Shown piece by piece: positions 1 to 9,642 of a stretch of 64,000 nucleotides of DNA (its first letter is position 1; each line of letters starts with the position of its first letter). This stretch comes from Rhodospirillales bacterium (GTDB lineage: Bacteria; Pseudomonadota; Alphaproteobacteria; Bin95). The stretch covers positions 1,536,894 to 1,600,893 of the forward strand of contig JAYQLI010000035.1 of NCBI GenBank assembly GCA_038143065.1, written 5' to 3'. A program made the translations under genes and the position numbers. A model generated the notes under the pieces. It did not search any database. It saw only the letters and a program-made list of their open reading frames with translations, and was not told the origin of the DNA.

Positions 1-2
1 CT

Positions 3-1148
3 CATAATGGTAATTTAACCAACGCTTTAAAGATCCGTTATCGTTTAGTAGCAGAAGGCTCTATCTTCCAGTCGTCCAGCGATACTGAGGTTATAATTCA
101 CCTTATTGCCCGAAGCGTGCGCTCAACTCTGGCGGAAAGAGTAGTTGATGCGTTGACACAAATGGACGGAGCCTACTCCCTAGTAGCACTTAGCCCCAAA
201 AAGCTGATCGGTGTCCGTGACCCTATGGGCGTCCGCCCATTAGCTCTGGGCCGTATCGTCGGCCAAGCAGTCGGTGGCGGGGACGCCTACGTACTAGCTA
301 GTGAAAGTTGTGCGTTTGATCTGTTAGGCGCCGAATTTGTGCGAGAATTAAATCCAGGTGAAATGGTTGTCATAGATGATAATGGGATTACTAGCCTAAA
401 CCCATTTCCACCTGCCGTGCCAAAGCCCTGTATTTTTGAGCATATCTACTTTGCACGTCCCGATAGCGTGATTGGTGGTCGTTCAGTTTACGAAACACGC
501 AAACTCATTGGGAAAGAACTCGCGCAAGAGTCTCATCCAGCTAACGGTGCTGATATTGTAGTACCAGTGCCAGACTCTGGAGTGCCAGCGGCAATTGGTT
601 ATGCGACAGAGGCAAATGTACCGTTTGAGCTTGGTATTATTAGAAGCCACTATGTGGGACGCACATTCATCCAACCGACACAATCTATCCGCGACCTTGG
701 GGTCCGCATGAAACACAGTGCAAATGGAGGCGTTCTCAAAGGCAAGCGGGTGGTTTTGGTTGATGATTCAATTGTGCGTGGCACTACGTCGGCCAAGATC
801 GTTGACTTGGTACGCAGGGCTGGCGCGGCTGAAGTTCATATGCGCATTTCCAGCCCACCTACTACTAATCCCTGCTTCTATGGCATTGATACACCAGACC
901 GGTCAGAGTTGCTTGCAGCAAGGTACTCATTGGAGGAGATGGCCAAACAAATCAAAGCTGACAGTTTGGCTTTTGTATCTCTAGATGGCCTTTATCGCGC
1001 AATGGGAGAACCCACTGGCAGGAACACCGAACAGCCACAATATTGTGATGCTTGCTTCACTGGCGAATACCCAAGTCGACTTGTTGATCAAGATGAAGGA
1101 CTTATCGGTGCATCAAGTGGCTTGCCGATAGAACAGGCCGCAGAATGA
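3..1148 (+). CDS. purF: Amidophosphoribosyltransferase (5' truncated by window edge)
   Basis: Frame is open from position 3 (HNGNLTNA). Motifs CIFEHIYFARPDS, VPVPDSG, PRPP-binding VVLVDDSIVRGTT, CFYGID and CDACFTGEYP. Confidence 0.97.
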   Translation, partial: HNGNLTNALKIRYRLVAEGSIFQSSSDTEVIIHLIARSVRSTLAERVVDALTQMDGAYSLVALSPKKLIGVRDPMGVRPLALGRIVGQAVGGGDAYVLASESCAFDLLGAEFVRELNPGEMVVIDDNGITSLNPFPPAVPKPCIFEHIYFARPDSVIGGRSVYETRKLIGKELAQESHPANGADIVVPVPDSGVPAAIGYATEANVPFELGIIRSHYVGRTFIQPTQSIRDLGVRMKHSANGGVLKGKRVVLVDDSIVRGTTSAKIVDLVRRAGAAEVHMRISSPPTTNPCFYGIDTPDRSELLAARYSLEEMAKQIKADSLAFVSLDGLYRAMGEPTGRNTEQPQYCDACFTGEYPSRLVDQDEGLIGASSGLPIEQAAE

Positions 1149-1855
1149 CAGAACAAAAACTCCTTACTGGCCAGGTGGCGCTTGTTGCTGGCGCATCCAG
1201 AGGGCTTGGCGCCGCAACCGCTGAAGCTTTAGCAAACTCAGGAGCAGAAGTGCTGCTTGTAGCTCGGACGCAGGGTGCGCTAGAGGAAATTCACGACAAA
1301 ATCAGTGCTGCTGGTGGTAAAGCAGTTATAGCGCCCGTCGACCTTCTCGACGGCGAAGCTCAAGACAGGCTCGCAATTGGTGTCGCGGAAAGATATGGAC
1401 GTCTGGACATCCTCGTGCAAACAGCAGCCATTCTTGGTCAGCTATCTCCTATTTCTCATTTCACCCCAGAACTATTTGAACGAATAATAGCATCAAACCT
1501 GACCGCAAACTGGCGTTTAATTCGGAATTTTGAGGCTCTTCTTCAACAATCTAATTCAGGCCGCGCAATTATAACTACCTGCGGTATAGCCGAGAACGGA
1601 GAACCCTTTTGGGCGCCTTACGCCGCCAGCAAAAGTGCACTGCAAGCTATGGTGGCATGCTGGGCCCGAGAGGTAGAGCACACTAAACTGAGAGTAAATT
1701 TGATTGATCCTGGTGTCATGCGAACTACATTGAGAGCGGAAGCTTTTCCGGGCGAAGACCCTTCACAACTCCAATTGCCGGCCTCAGTAGCGCCATTGAT
1801 TGTCAAACTTTCGCTGCCAACAAACAATGCGCACGGGAAAATAATCAAAGCTTAA
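1145..1855 (+). CDS. Short-chain dehydrogenase/reductase (YciK-like), overlapping the purF stop
   Basis: AGASRGLG Rossmann motif, YAASK catalytic motif, RAEAFPGEDP tail; ATGA overlap with purF. Confidence 0.88.
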   Translation: MTEQKLLTGQVALVAGASRGLGAATAEALANSGAEVLLVARTQGALEEIHDKISAAGGKAVIAPVDLLDGEAQDRLAIGVAERYGRLDILVQTAAILGQLSPISHFTPELFERIIASNLTANWRLIRNFEALLQQSNSGRAIITTCGIAENGEPFWAPYAASKSALQAMVACWAREVEHTKLRVNLIDPGVMRTTLRAEAFPGEDPSQLQLPASVAPLIVKLSLPTNNAHGKIIKA

Positions 1856-1865
1856 TAAGGTTTAA

Positions 1866-2783
1866 TTAAAGCCCCCATCTAAGCGCTATAGGGTCCGCTT
1901 CCCTTGCCAACTCCAAAAGTTCTGCCTTCGTGCTTGGGTGTAAGGGGCGCGTTGGATGACGAACATAGTCAGACTTAAATACATTACCTGCCTGCATGAC
2001 TGCCTTTGTAGAGCGCCAGCCACACTGACGATTTTCAAAGTTTATGAGAGGTAACAATTCCTTATAGATTTTCCTTGCCTCATCACGCCGGCCTTCTAAG
2101 TGCGATATGATTGAAGGACGAATTAGATCAGGTAGAGTTGCAGAGGTCATAGAACCAGTTGCTCCAGCATCCATGTCTGCCATCAGAGTAATAGCTTCCT
2201 CTCCGTCAAAAGGACCCTCAATTGCTTCACCACCAGCCTCAATTAGGGCACGAAGCTTGGCCGCAGTGCCAGGAGTTTCGATTTTAAAGAGTTTAACCTG
2301 TTCAATTTCCCGTGCCATCCGAACCATAAGAGAGACGGATAAGTTTACACCAGAAATCGGGGCATCCTGAACCATTATTGGGATGTTTCCGGCATCAGAA
2401 GCACGGGCGAAATGCTCAATTATCCCTTCCTCATCTGCCCTCAGAAGAGCTCCATGATATGGCGGCATTAACATTAGCATCGCTGCACCCATTGCCGCCG
2501 CCTCTCGGGCCCTAGCTTCCACTACGCCCGTTGAGAAGTGAGATGCTGTAACGATAATTGGTACACGCCCTGATGCATGCTCCAAGCAAAGGCGCGTTAA
2601 AGTTGCGCGCTCATCGTCACTTAGCAGAAACTGCTCCGAAAAGTTGGCCAGGATACAGATCCCATCAACCTTCTGATCAATCATGCAATCTATGACCCTC
2701 TTCATACCATCAAGGTCAAGGGATCCATTTTCATGAAAAGGTGTTGGGGCCACTGGCCAAACACCACTGTAACGATGCGCCAT
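1866..2783 (-). CDS. araD: DHDPS/NAL-family protein, probable L-2-keto-3-deoxyarabonate dehydratase (Azospirillum AraD-like)
   Basis: ILANFSEQF, MPPYHG, VQDAP, FKIETPG (Schiff-base Lys), GEEAITL and LINFENRQ closely match the L-KDA dehydratase subfamily as I recall it. Confidence 0.8.
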   Translation of the reverse strand: MAHRYSGVWPVAPTPFHENGSLDLDGMKRVIDCMIDQKVDGICILANFSEQFLLSDDERATLTRLCLEHASGRVPIIVTASHFSTGVVEARAREAAAMGAAMLMLMPPYHGALLRADEEGIIEHFARASDAGNIPIMVQDAPISGVNLSVSLMVRMAREIEQVKLFKIETPGTAAKLRALIEAGGEAIEGPFDGEEAITLMADMDAGATGSMTSATLPDLIRPSIISHLEGRRDEARKIYKELLPLINFENRQCGWRSTKAVMQAGNVFKSDYVRHPTRPLHPSTKAELLELAREADPIALRWGL

Positions 2784-2792
2784 TATTTTTCC

Positions 2793-3746
2793 TTAAAAGA
2801 CCTGAGGTGGTACAGGCGTCAACACTGGCTTACCTGAAAAATACGCGTCAAGATTAGCTATCACGAGATCGGCCATTGCTCTGCGAGTTTCATAGGTCGA
2901 ACTAGCGATGTGAGGAGTCAACACCACGTTTTCCATTTCTAACAGCTCGTCTGGCACTGTTGGCTCCCCATCAAAAACGTCCAGACCAGCACCAGCAATG
3001 ACACCTGATTTGAGAGCTTCAATTAGGTCTTTTTGGTTAACAATTGGACCACGCGCCGTATTAACCAAATACCCTTTGGAACCTAAGGACCTCAGAATAC
3101 TAGCATCCACAAGACCTCTATTAGCAGGCCCGCCTTCGCAAGCTACTAGCAAAATATCGCTAGCCTCAGCCAAATCTGTAAGCGTGGGATAGTGGCGATA
3201 CGGTAGATCGCCCATTGGCTGAATGTCGTGGAAGGCAATATTAACTCCAAAAACCTCAGCCCGCCTAGCAACGGCCTTGCCTATGCGGCCAAGGCACAAG
3301 ATACCCAAAGTACGCCCCTTAACTGTGACCCCAAAGTCCATACGTTTTTTTAACCACTCACCTCGGCGCAAAAACCGCTCTGACTCCCCTACTCTTCGGG
3401 TCACCATCAAGATTAATGTCATTGCAAGATCAGCAACATCGCCTGTTAGCACTTCGGGAGTATGAGTAACCAATACTCCACGCGACTGAGCCGCCACTAC
3501 ATCCGTGGCATCTAAACCTACGCTATGGGATGCTATAATTTCAAGATTGGGTAAGCTCCCAATTAAGTTTGCGTCGGGACCTTGAGTACCTCCTGCAAGA
3601 ATGCCCCGAATATTTGGTCCTACCTTTTCAAGAAGCTCATCTGCTCCAGAACCATCAACACACTGATGAATTCGGTAGTTCTCCGATAAGCGCTCTATGA
3701 GCGCGGGCGGCAAAGTCGCGACTTGTAAAAGATCAATCAACAGCAT
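2793..3746 (-). CDS. D-isomer-specific 2-hydroxyacid dehydrogenase (glyoxylate/hydroxypyruvate reductase-like)
   Basis: THTPEVLTGDVADLA, NTARG, GAGLDVF, EP and TPHIAS catalytic motifs; nucleotide-binding loop reads GILCLGRIG. Confidence 0.9.
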   Translation of the reverse strand: MLLIDLLQVATLPPALIERLSENYRIHQCVDGSGADELLEKVGPNIRGILAGGTQGPDANLIGSLPNLEIIASHSVGLDATDVVAAQSRGVLVTHTPEVLTGDVADLAMTLILMVTRRVGESERFLRRGEWLKKRMDFGVTVKGRTLGILCLGRIGKAVARRAEVFGVNIAFHDIQPMGDLPYRHYPTLTDLAEASDILLVACEGGPANRGLVDASILRSLGSKGYLVNTARGPIVNQKDLIEALKSGVIAGAGLDVFDGEPTVPDELLEMENVVLTPHIASSTYETRRAMADLVIANLDAYFSGKPVLTPVPPQVF

Positions 3747-4366
3747 TCTCCAGAACTGTAGTTCGCTATGGCTGATCTACCACGCGAAATAACATCAACA
3801 ACTAAATCGCCAGGCTTGAAAAGACTTGAGCCAAGACCAAAGCCCGTGACACCTGCTGCTCTATAACCCGCAAAATCTGAGTCGGAAACGCCACCAACTG
3901 CTATAACGTCGGTTTCCGAGGGTAAAACAGCTGAAATTGCCTTTATGCCATCTGGCCCTGACAGTGAGGCTGGAAAAAATTTTAGCGCATGAGCACCACA
4001 AGAAAGGGCTGCCAATGCTTCTGTAGCTGTGAAAACGCCAGGTACAGTAGTCATACCCCTCGATACACTCTCGTTAATCACCTCAGGATTACAATTGGGT
4101 GCAACGATCAGATTACCCCCTAAATCATTAACCCTCCTCGCATCCTGCGGTCGTAAAACAGTCCCAGCACCAATGAGGCAGCTAGCACCTTCAGCAACAC
4201 GAATAGCTCGTTCAATGGACACAAAGGGGTTAGGCGAATTCAAAGGGATCTCCAGAGCCCGAAAACCTACGTCAATAAGTCCCTCCGCAATTGGGCTTAT
4301 CTCCTCCGGCGTCACCCCCCTAAGAATTGCTATTAGTTTTGGCTCTAAATCCCTCCACGCGCTCAT
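3737..4366 (-). CDS. dgoA: 2-dehydro-3-deoxy-6-phosphogalactonate aldolase
   Basis: LIAILRG, EIPLNSP, IGAGTVL, LKFFPA, AVGGV, GFGLGSSL. Start moved to the ATG at 4366, which gives an ATGA overlap with dgoK. Confidence 0.93.
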   Translation of the reverse strand: MSAWRDLEPKLIAILRGVTPEEISPIAEGLIDVGFRALEIPLNSPNPFVSIERAIRVAEGASCLIGAGTVLRPQDARRVNDLGGNLIVAPNCNPEVINESVSRGMTTVPGVFTATEALAALSCGAHALKFFPASLSGPDGIKAISAVLPSETDVIAVGGVSDSDFAGYRAAGVTGFGLGSSLFKPGDLVVDVISRGRSAIANYSSGECC

Positions 4367-5286
4367 TTGGAAAACCTTTCTGGCCAAATAGAACTTGCTG
4401 CATACGTCAAACCAGCTCGAATGAGCGCCTCCGCATCAACCTGTTTAAATTTTATACCCGCCACATCCAATGCTCGTGCATAGGCCAATGACAGTCTTCC
4501 TGCAGCAACCAAAAGAATTTCCTCATGTTTTTTGCCGAACGCAGCGATTTCTGTCCCAATAAGAAGACCAGAAAGGCGAGCGGTTGCTCCTTCCGCAGCC
4601 TGCTGACCAAACAACAATGGACCAGCTCGCACGCTGAACAATTTTTGAATCAGGTCGCCTGGCGAACTTAGACCTTCAGCAACTGCTTCAACGAAATGAG
4701 GGTCTTTCGCGACCTCTTGATGAACGTTTGTAAAGTGGCTGAGCGTTGAAGAGTTTGCGAGCAAACTGAAAATTTCACCAGTCATCGAGGTTCCAAATCG
4801 CTTCACCTCTCCTTCACTAATTTGTGCCCATTTTGAATGTGTTCCAGGCAAGCAAACCGTTCGCTCTTCAACGCCTTGGGCAAGGGTTGCTCCAAGCAAT
4901 AGTGTCTCCTCACCTCGCATCACATCTGGTTGTTCAGGCATACGCTGTGCTAGGCCTGGCAGTATTCGGACGTCGCGGTCTAGGTTGTCTATTTTGCAGG
5001 CTGCTTCATGCATCGTGGATAGGTTTGCTGGCAAATCGACGTATGGGGCTGACTTCCACCCCTGTGCAGAGCCTGCCATCCCACAAATCAGGACTGGTAT
5101 ATTTAATGGTGCGCTCGATTTATCTAACGCGTCTTCAAGCACAGGCCTGTAATCTTCTGGCCTTAGCAAGGCCATACCATGATCACTTCTAACCTCCGCC
5201 AGGGGGAGACCAGCTTGGTCAAGCAACCAGAAGCGAAAACTGGAGGTGCCCCAGTCGATAGCGGCGATAACGGCTTTTTGCATCAT
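4363..5286 (-). CDS. dgoK: 2-dehydro-3-deoxygalactonokinase
   Basis: IDWGTSSFR, CGMAGSAQGW, DVMRGEET, LPGTHSKW, SMTGE and LSGLLIG are DgoK signatures. Confidence 0.95.
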   Translation of the reverse strand: MMQKAVIAAIDWGTSSFRFWLLDQAGLPLAEVRSDHGMALLRPEDYRPVLEDALDKSSAPLNIPVLICGMAGSAQGWKSAPYVDLPANLSTMHEAACKIDNLDRDVRILPGLAQRMPEQPDVMRGEETLLLGATLAQGVEERTVCLPGTHSKWAQISEGEVKRFGTSMTGEIFSLLANSSTLSHFTNVHQEVAKDPHFVEAVAEGLSSPGDLIQKLFSVRAGPLLFGQQAAEGATARLSGLLIGTEIAAFGKKHEEILLVAAGRLSLAYARALDVAGIKFKQVDAEALIRAGLTYAASSIWPERFSK

Positions 5287-5339
5287 GCTAACCCTAGCGC
5301 GACAACACCCAAAATGGCTAGATTTGTTATATCGGCACT

Positions 5340-7085
5340 ATGGAGGCATTAATGGACTGTTCAGATAAGCGTCAAGCTGATGATTTATCACCTAGAAACG
5401 GTAAGGCACACGTAGTTGGTCCGACAAATATTGATTTATGGCAGAAAACGATCCCCGAGGTTTTTAAGGAAACCGTTTCAAAATTCCCAAATAGAGATGC
5501 CGCAGTATTCCCAGAACAAGGAATAAGGCGAACGTGGGCAGAATTGGATGTGGAAGCAGACGCCCTTGCTGCGGGTTTTTTAAATCTTGGACTTCAACCT
5601 GGCGATCGGGTTGGCATATGGTCTCCCAATCGTCACGAATGGTTGCTAACTCAAATCGCAACCGCCCGAGTAGGCCTGATACTCGTAACAATTAATCCCG
5701 CCTATAGACTTGCAGAAGTAGAGTACGTCCTCAACCAAGTCGAATGCTCCTGTCTTGTGACAGCCGCTGCATTCAAATCCAGCAATTACGTCTCGCTGAT
5801 ACAGGAACTGGCCCCTGAGTTAATTTCTTCAAAACCTGGGTCATTAAAATCATCTCTTTTACCACACCTAAAAGCAGTGGTTTGCATGAGCGAAGAAACT
5901 GTCCCCGGGATGCTAAAATTTGGTGACGTGGTCGACTCTGGCCGAAACATCGAAACTCAAGAGCTCGACCGTATCTCGGAGCGCCTCGATCCAGACGATC
6001 CTATTAACATTCAATTCACAAGCGGCACGACGGGAGCACCAAAGGGAGCCACGCTTACACATATTAATATTTTGAATAACGGGCGCTTTGTAGTGGCCGC
6101 CCAAAACTTTACTGAAGCAGACCGGCTTTGCATTCCCGTACCGTTATATCACTGTTTTGGGATGGTAATGGGCGTACTTGGATGCATCTCGACGGGTGCG
6201 GCAATGGTATTTCCTAGCGAGGGATTTGACCCTGTAGCAACAATGTCTGCGGTTGATAGTGAAAAATGCACATCAATTTACGGTGTTCCGACTATGTTTG
6301 TTGCTTGCCTGCAGCATCCCAACATAAAGGACCTTGACCTCCAGGCACTGCGGACAGGTGTTATGGCTGGGGCGCCTTGCCCCATAGAAGTGATGAAGCG
6401 GTGCGTAAACGAATTAAACCTCAGAGACATTACCATCGCTTACGGAATGACAGAGACTAGCCCTGTATCCTTCCAAACCTCAACCGAAGACCCTTTGGAG
6501 CGGAGAGTTTCTACCGTTGGTCGCATTCAACCTCATACAGAGGTGAAAGTCATTGACGAGGACGGAAACACTGTACTTCCAGGAGAACAAGGCGAACTTT
6601 GCACTCGTGGTTATTGCGTTATGAAAGGCTATTGGAACGAACCTACACGTACTTCTGAAGCAATCGACGAAGATGGGTGGATGCACACGGGTGATTTAGG
6701 CGTCATCGATCAGGAAGGATATTGTAACATCACTGGTCGAGTGAAGGACATGCTTGTCCGAGGCGGAGAGAATGTGTACCCGCGTGAAATTGAAGAATTC
6801 CTTTATCGACATCCATCAGTACAGGAAGTGCAAGTCTTTGGCGTCCCAGATAAAAAATTTGGTGAGGAAGTTTGTGCTTGGATAGTGCCCAAGTCAGGAC
6901 AGCCTGTACCTGACGAGGAAGCAATCCGTACCTTCTGCCAAGGTCAAATCGCTCACTATAAAATTCCGCGATATGTTCGTATCAAAGATACCATACCAAT
7001 GACCGTCACTGGCAAACCACAAAAATTTGTCATGCGCGATATGATGATAGAAGAACTTAACATTGACATTGAGGAGACAGCCTAA
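5340..7085 (+). CDS. AMP-binding acyl-CoA synthetase (fatty-acyl-CoA ligase, ACSF2/YngI-like)
   Basis: [13 protein letters not shown]-loop, [40 protein letters not shown]. Confidence 0.93.
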   Translation: MEALMDCSDKRQADDLSPRNGKAHVVGPTNIDLWQKTIPEVFKETVSKFPNRDAAVFPEQGIRRTWAELDVEADALAAGFLNLGLQPGDRVGIWSPNRHEWLLTQIATARVGLILVTINPAYRLAEVEYVLNQVECSCLVTAAAFKSSNYVSLIQELAPELISSKPGSLKSSLLPHLKAVVCMSEETVPGMLKFGDVVDSGRNIETQELDRISERLDPDDPINIQFTSGTTGAPKGATLTHINILNNGRFVVAAQNFTEADRLCIPVPLYHCFGMVMGVLGCISTGAAMVFPSEGFDPVATMSAVDSEKCTSIYGVPTMFVACLQHPNIKDLDLQALRTGVMAGAPCPIEVMKRCVNELNLRDITIAYGMTETSPVSFQTSTEDPLERRVSTVGRIQPHTEVKVIDEDGNTVLPGEQGELCTRGYCVMKGYWNEPTRTSEAIDEDGWMHTGDLGVIDQEGYCNITGRVKDMLVRGGENVYPREIEEFLYRHPSVQEVQVFGVPDKKFGEEVCAWIVPKSGQPVPDEEAIRTFCQGQIAHYKIPRYVRIKDTIPMTVTGKPQKFVMRDMMIEELNIDIEETA

Positions 7086-7087
7086 TC

Positions 7088-7828
7088 ATGGCTCAAAGTA
7101 ATAGGACTGCATTAATCACAGGATCTGGCCGCAATATTGGAAGAGGGTGTGCCGCCCATCTTGCCGCCATGGGATTCAATGTGGTGATCAACGGTTCCTC
7201 AAATCAAAAAAATTGTGAACGAGTAGCCGATGAAGTCAGAGCTGCTGGCAGCGATGCAATGATCGCAATGGCGGATTGTGGTGACCAAACACAAGTAGAA
7301 GAAATGGCGGCAAGTGCCATCAAGAAATTTGGACGGATAGACGTACTAATTCATAACGCGGCAATCAGGCCTGGGGCACCTTTCCTGGAAATGTCAGATG
7401 CTGATTTGGACCAAGTTATGCGCGTTAATACCTATGCCGCGGTTTGGCTGTCCCGTGCAGCTCTTCCAGGCATGATTGAGGCAGGTTGGGGTCGGATCAT
7501 CAACTTCACCGGAATGAATGCGCAGCGCGGTTCAGGAGGGCGGCCACATGTGACTATGTCAAAGCATGCTGTGGTTGGCCTTACAAAGGCCCTTGCTCGC
7601 GAATTTGGACCAAAAGGCGTTACATCCAATGTTATCTCCCCAGGGACATTCCCTGGTGAAGGTGATAATGCAGCACATGGTAGCTTGGATAAATTGCTGG
7701 CGGATGTTCCGGTAGGTCGGCTTGGCGAGTCCAACGACATTGCAGCACTCGTGGCTTACTTGTGCGGCCCCCATGGCGGTTTCGTGAACGGCCAACTTCT
7801 CCAAGTAAATGGCGGCGTCGAAATGTAA
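7088..7828 (+). CDS. Short-chain dehydrogenase/reductase (FabG-like fold, atypical active site)
   Basis: TGSGRNIG, HNAAIR, NVISPG, VNGQLLQVNGG; catalytic segment reads HVTMSK. Starts 2 bp after the acyl-CoA synthetase. Confidence 0.88.
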   Translation: MAQSNRTALITGSGRNIGRGCAAHLAAMGFNVVINGSSNQKNCERVADEVRAAGSDAMIAMADCGDQTQVEEMAASAIKKFGRIDVLIHNAAIRPGAPFLEMSDADLDQVMRVNTYAAVWLSRAALPGMIEAGWGRIINFTGMNAQRGSGGRPHVTMSKHAVVGLTKALAREFGPKGVTSNVISPGTFPGEGDNAAHGSLDKLLADVPVGRLGESNDIAALVAYLCGPHGGFVNGQLLQVNGGVEM

Positions 7829-7941
7829 ATTAGGAACGGGTTGTTCGAAGGCTGCCTTTCCTAGTCGCTGCACTCGATGGGAATGGCAGCCCCCACCTCT
7901 TCATCAGATGGAAATCAAAACACCATAAAGCTTAAGACCAA

Positions 7942-8496
7942 CTATCGATTGGCGCCTGGAACCCAAAGAACATCCTGACGACCACAGTCGTTAGCATCGC
8001 GCGCCATCTGGAACAGTAAATCTGATAGACGGTTGAGATATTTGAGCGCCGATGGATTTACTTCTTCAACAGTAGCTAATTCAGTTGCCACCCTCTCTGC
8101 TCGCCTGACTAATGCTCTTGCCATATGAAGGTTAGCAGCAAGAGGAGTTCCTCCAGGCAGTACAAAAGAGTTTAGGGGCTCTAAACGCGAGTTAATGATA
8201 TCGATTTCCTGCTCAAGCCTATCAACTTGGGAATCCGTAGCCCTTAAAGCACCATCTAAGCCCTCTGGAGTACTTAGATCGGCACCAACATCAAAAAGGT
8301 CATTTTGGATACGAGCAAGCAGCTCTTGCGTGTCTGAGATTGCATGCACACGCGCAACACCGATAGAGGAGTTTGCTTCGTCAACTGCTCCATTTGCTCT
8401 GATGCGGAGATCATATTTAGGCCTTCGCTCTCCGGTAGCCAGAGAAGTCATCCCCTTATCACCGCCGCGAGTGTAAATTTTTGTTAGTCGAACCAT
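7942..8496 (-). CDS. pduO: ATP:cob(I)alamin adenosyltransferase, PduO type
   Basis: KIYTRGGDKGMTSL, QNDLFDVGADL, FVLPGG, RALVRRAER, YLNRLSDLLF. Confidence 0.95.
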   Translation of the reverse strand: MVRLTKIYTRGGDKGMTSLATGERRPKYDLRIRANGAVDEANSSIGVARVHAISDTQELLARIQNDLFDVGADLSTPEGLDGALRATDSQVDRLEQEIDIINSRLEPLNSFVLPGGTPLAANLHMARALVRRAERVATELATVEEVNPSALKYLNRLSDLLFQMARDANDCGRQDVLWVPGANR

Positions 8497-8715
8497 CTTA
8501 GTTTCCTTTGTCAGGCACCAAATTACAAAAATTTAGGCGTTGTATAAGTGATAACCCACCTCCTGATTTAGGCCGTAAGGGCCATTAAAGAAAGAGGGAT
8601 TTATATGCTGCGGCGTCCAGCAACCTGACTTGCAACTTGCAAACCTTTCGGAAGATCGTTACCCGATCAATACTAAACTAACATCCTGAATTGTTTCGGC
8701 CGGATATCCATAGAA

Positions 8716-9642
8716 GTGAACTCACACCTTCCAGAAAATGTGCCCGAAGTCATAAATCTTCTGCGAAAAGAGGGTTACATTGCTGACGAGAGCATTGCGA
8801 CTGCTATTTTCCTGTCCCTAAAGTTGGGACGTCCCCTCTTTCTCGAAGGTGAGGCTGGGGTAGGGAAAACAGAAGTAGCAAAAGTACTAGCATCAAGTCT
8901 GGGGCGGCAGTTAATCCGCCTCCAGTGCTACGAGGGCCTTGATATAGCATCTGCAGTTTACGAGTGGAATTATCAGGCCCAAATGATCCAAATTCGCCTA
9001 GCCGAGGCCGGCGGCAATTCAACTCAAAAAAATCTCGAACAAGATATTTTTTCTAAAAAATTTCTTATTGAGCGGCCAATCCTTCAAGCTTTGCGCCCCC
9101 AACCCGAAGGCCCGCCAATACTGCTTGTGGATGAACTAGATCGGGCTGATGAGCCATTCGAAGCATTTCTTCTTGAAGCATTGTCAGACTTCCAGATTTC
9201 TGTTCCTGAAATAGGAACTATCGCAGCGGATATACCTCCAATTGTAATCCTTACCTCTAACAGGACCCGTGAAATTCACGATGCTCTAAAGCGCAGATGC
9301 GTTTACCATTGGCTTGATTATCCAAGCGTAGAAAGAGAGCTGGAAATCCTCGCTGAGAAAGCACCCAACACCGCGGTAGAACTATCAACACAGATAGTCA
9401 ATTTCGTTCATAAGCTGAGAAGCTTGGACCTGTTTAAGGCTCCAGGCGTAGCAGAGACTATCGACTGGGCAGACGCATTGGTGCATCTGAATGCAGCTGA
9501 ATTAGATCCCACTGCTATCTCAAATAGCATAGGGGTTCTTTTAAAATATCAAGATGACATTCAAAAAATGTCTGGGACTGAGGCCAAACGCCTTCTCGAC
9601 GAAGTAAAAGCAGAACTAAACACCGCATCTTCCAATGTCTGA
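8716..9642 (+). CDS. coxD: MoxR-family AAA+ ATPase (CoxD-like)
   Basis: Walker A GEAGVGKT, RLQCYEGLD, Walker B LLVDELDRAD, TSNRTREIHDALKRRC, APGVAETIDW. Confidence 0.9.
   Translation: MNSHLPENVPEVINLLRKEGYIADESIATAIFLSLKLGRPLFLEGEAGVGKTEVAKVLASSLGRQLIRLQCYEGLDIASAVYEWNYQAQMIQIRLAEAGGNSTQKNLEQDIFSKKFLIERPILQALRPQPEGPPILLVDELDRADEPFEAFLLEALSDFQISVPEIGTIAADIPPIVILTSNRTREIHDALKRRCVYHWLDYPSVERELEILAEKAPNTAVELSTQIVNFVHKLRSLDLFKAPGVAETIDWADALVHLNAAELDPTAISNSIGVLLKYQDDIQKMSGTEAKRLLDEVKAELNTASSNV

Noticed and set aside
8497-8715. Cobalamin or Moco riboswitch between pduO and coxD
   Set aside because: I could not find B12-box or other conserved riboswitch elements on either strand; an Rfam scan would settle it.
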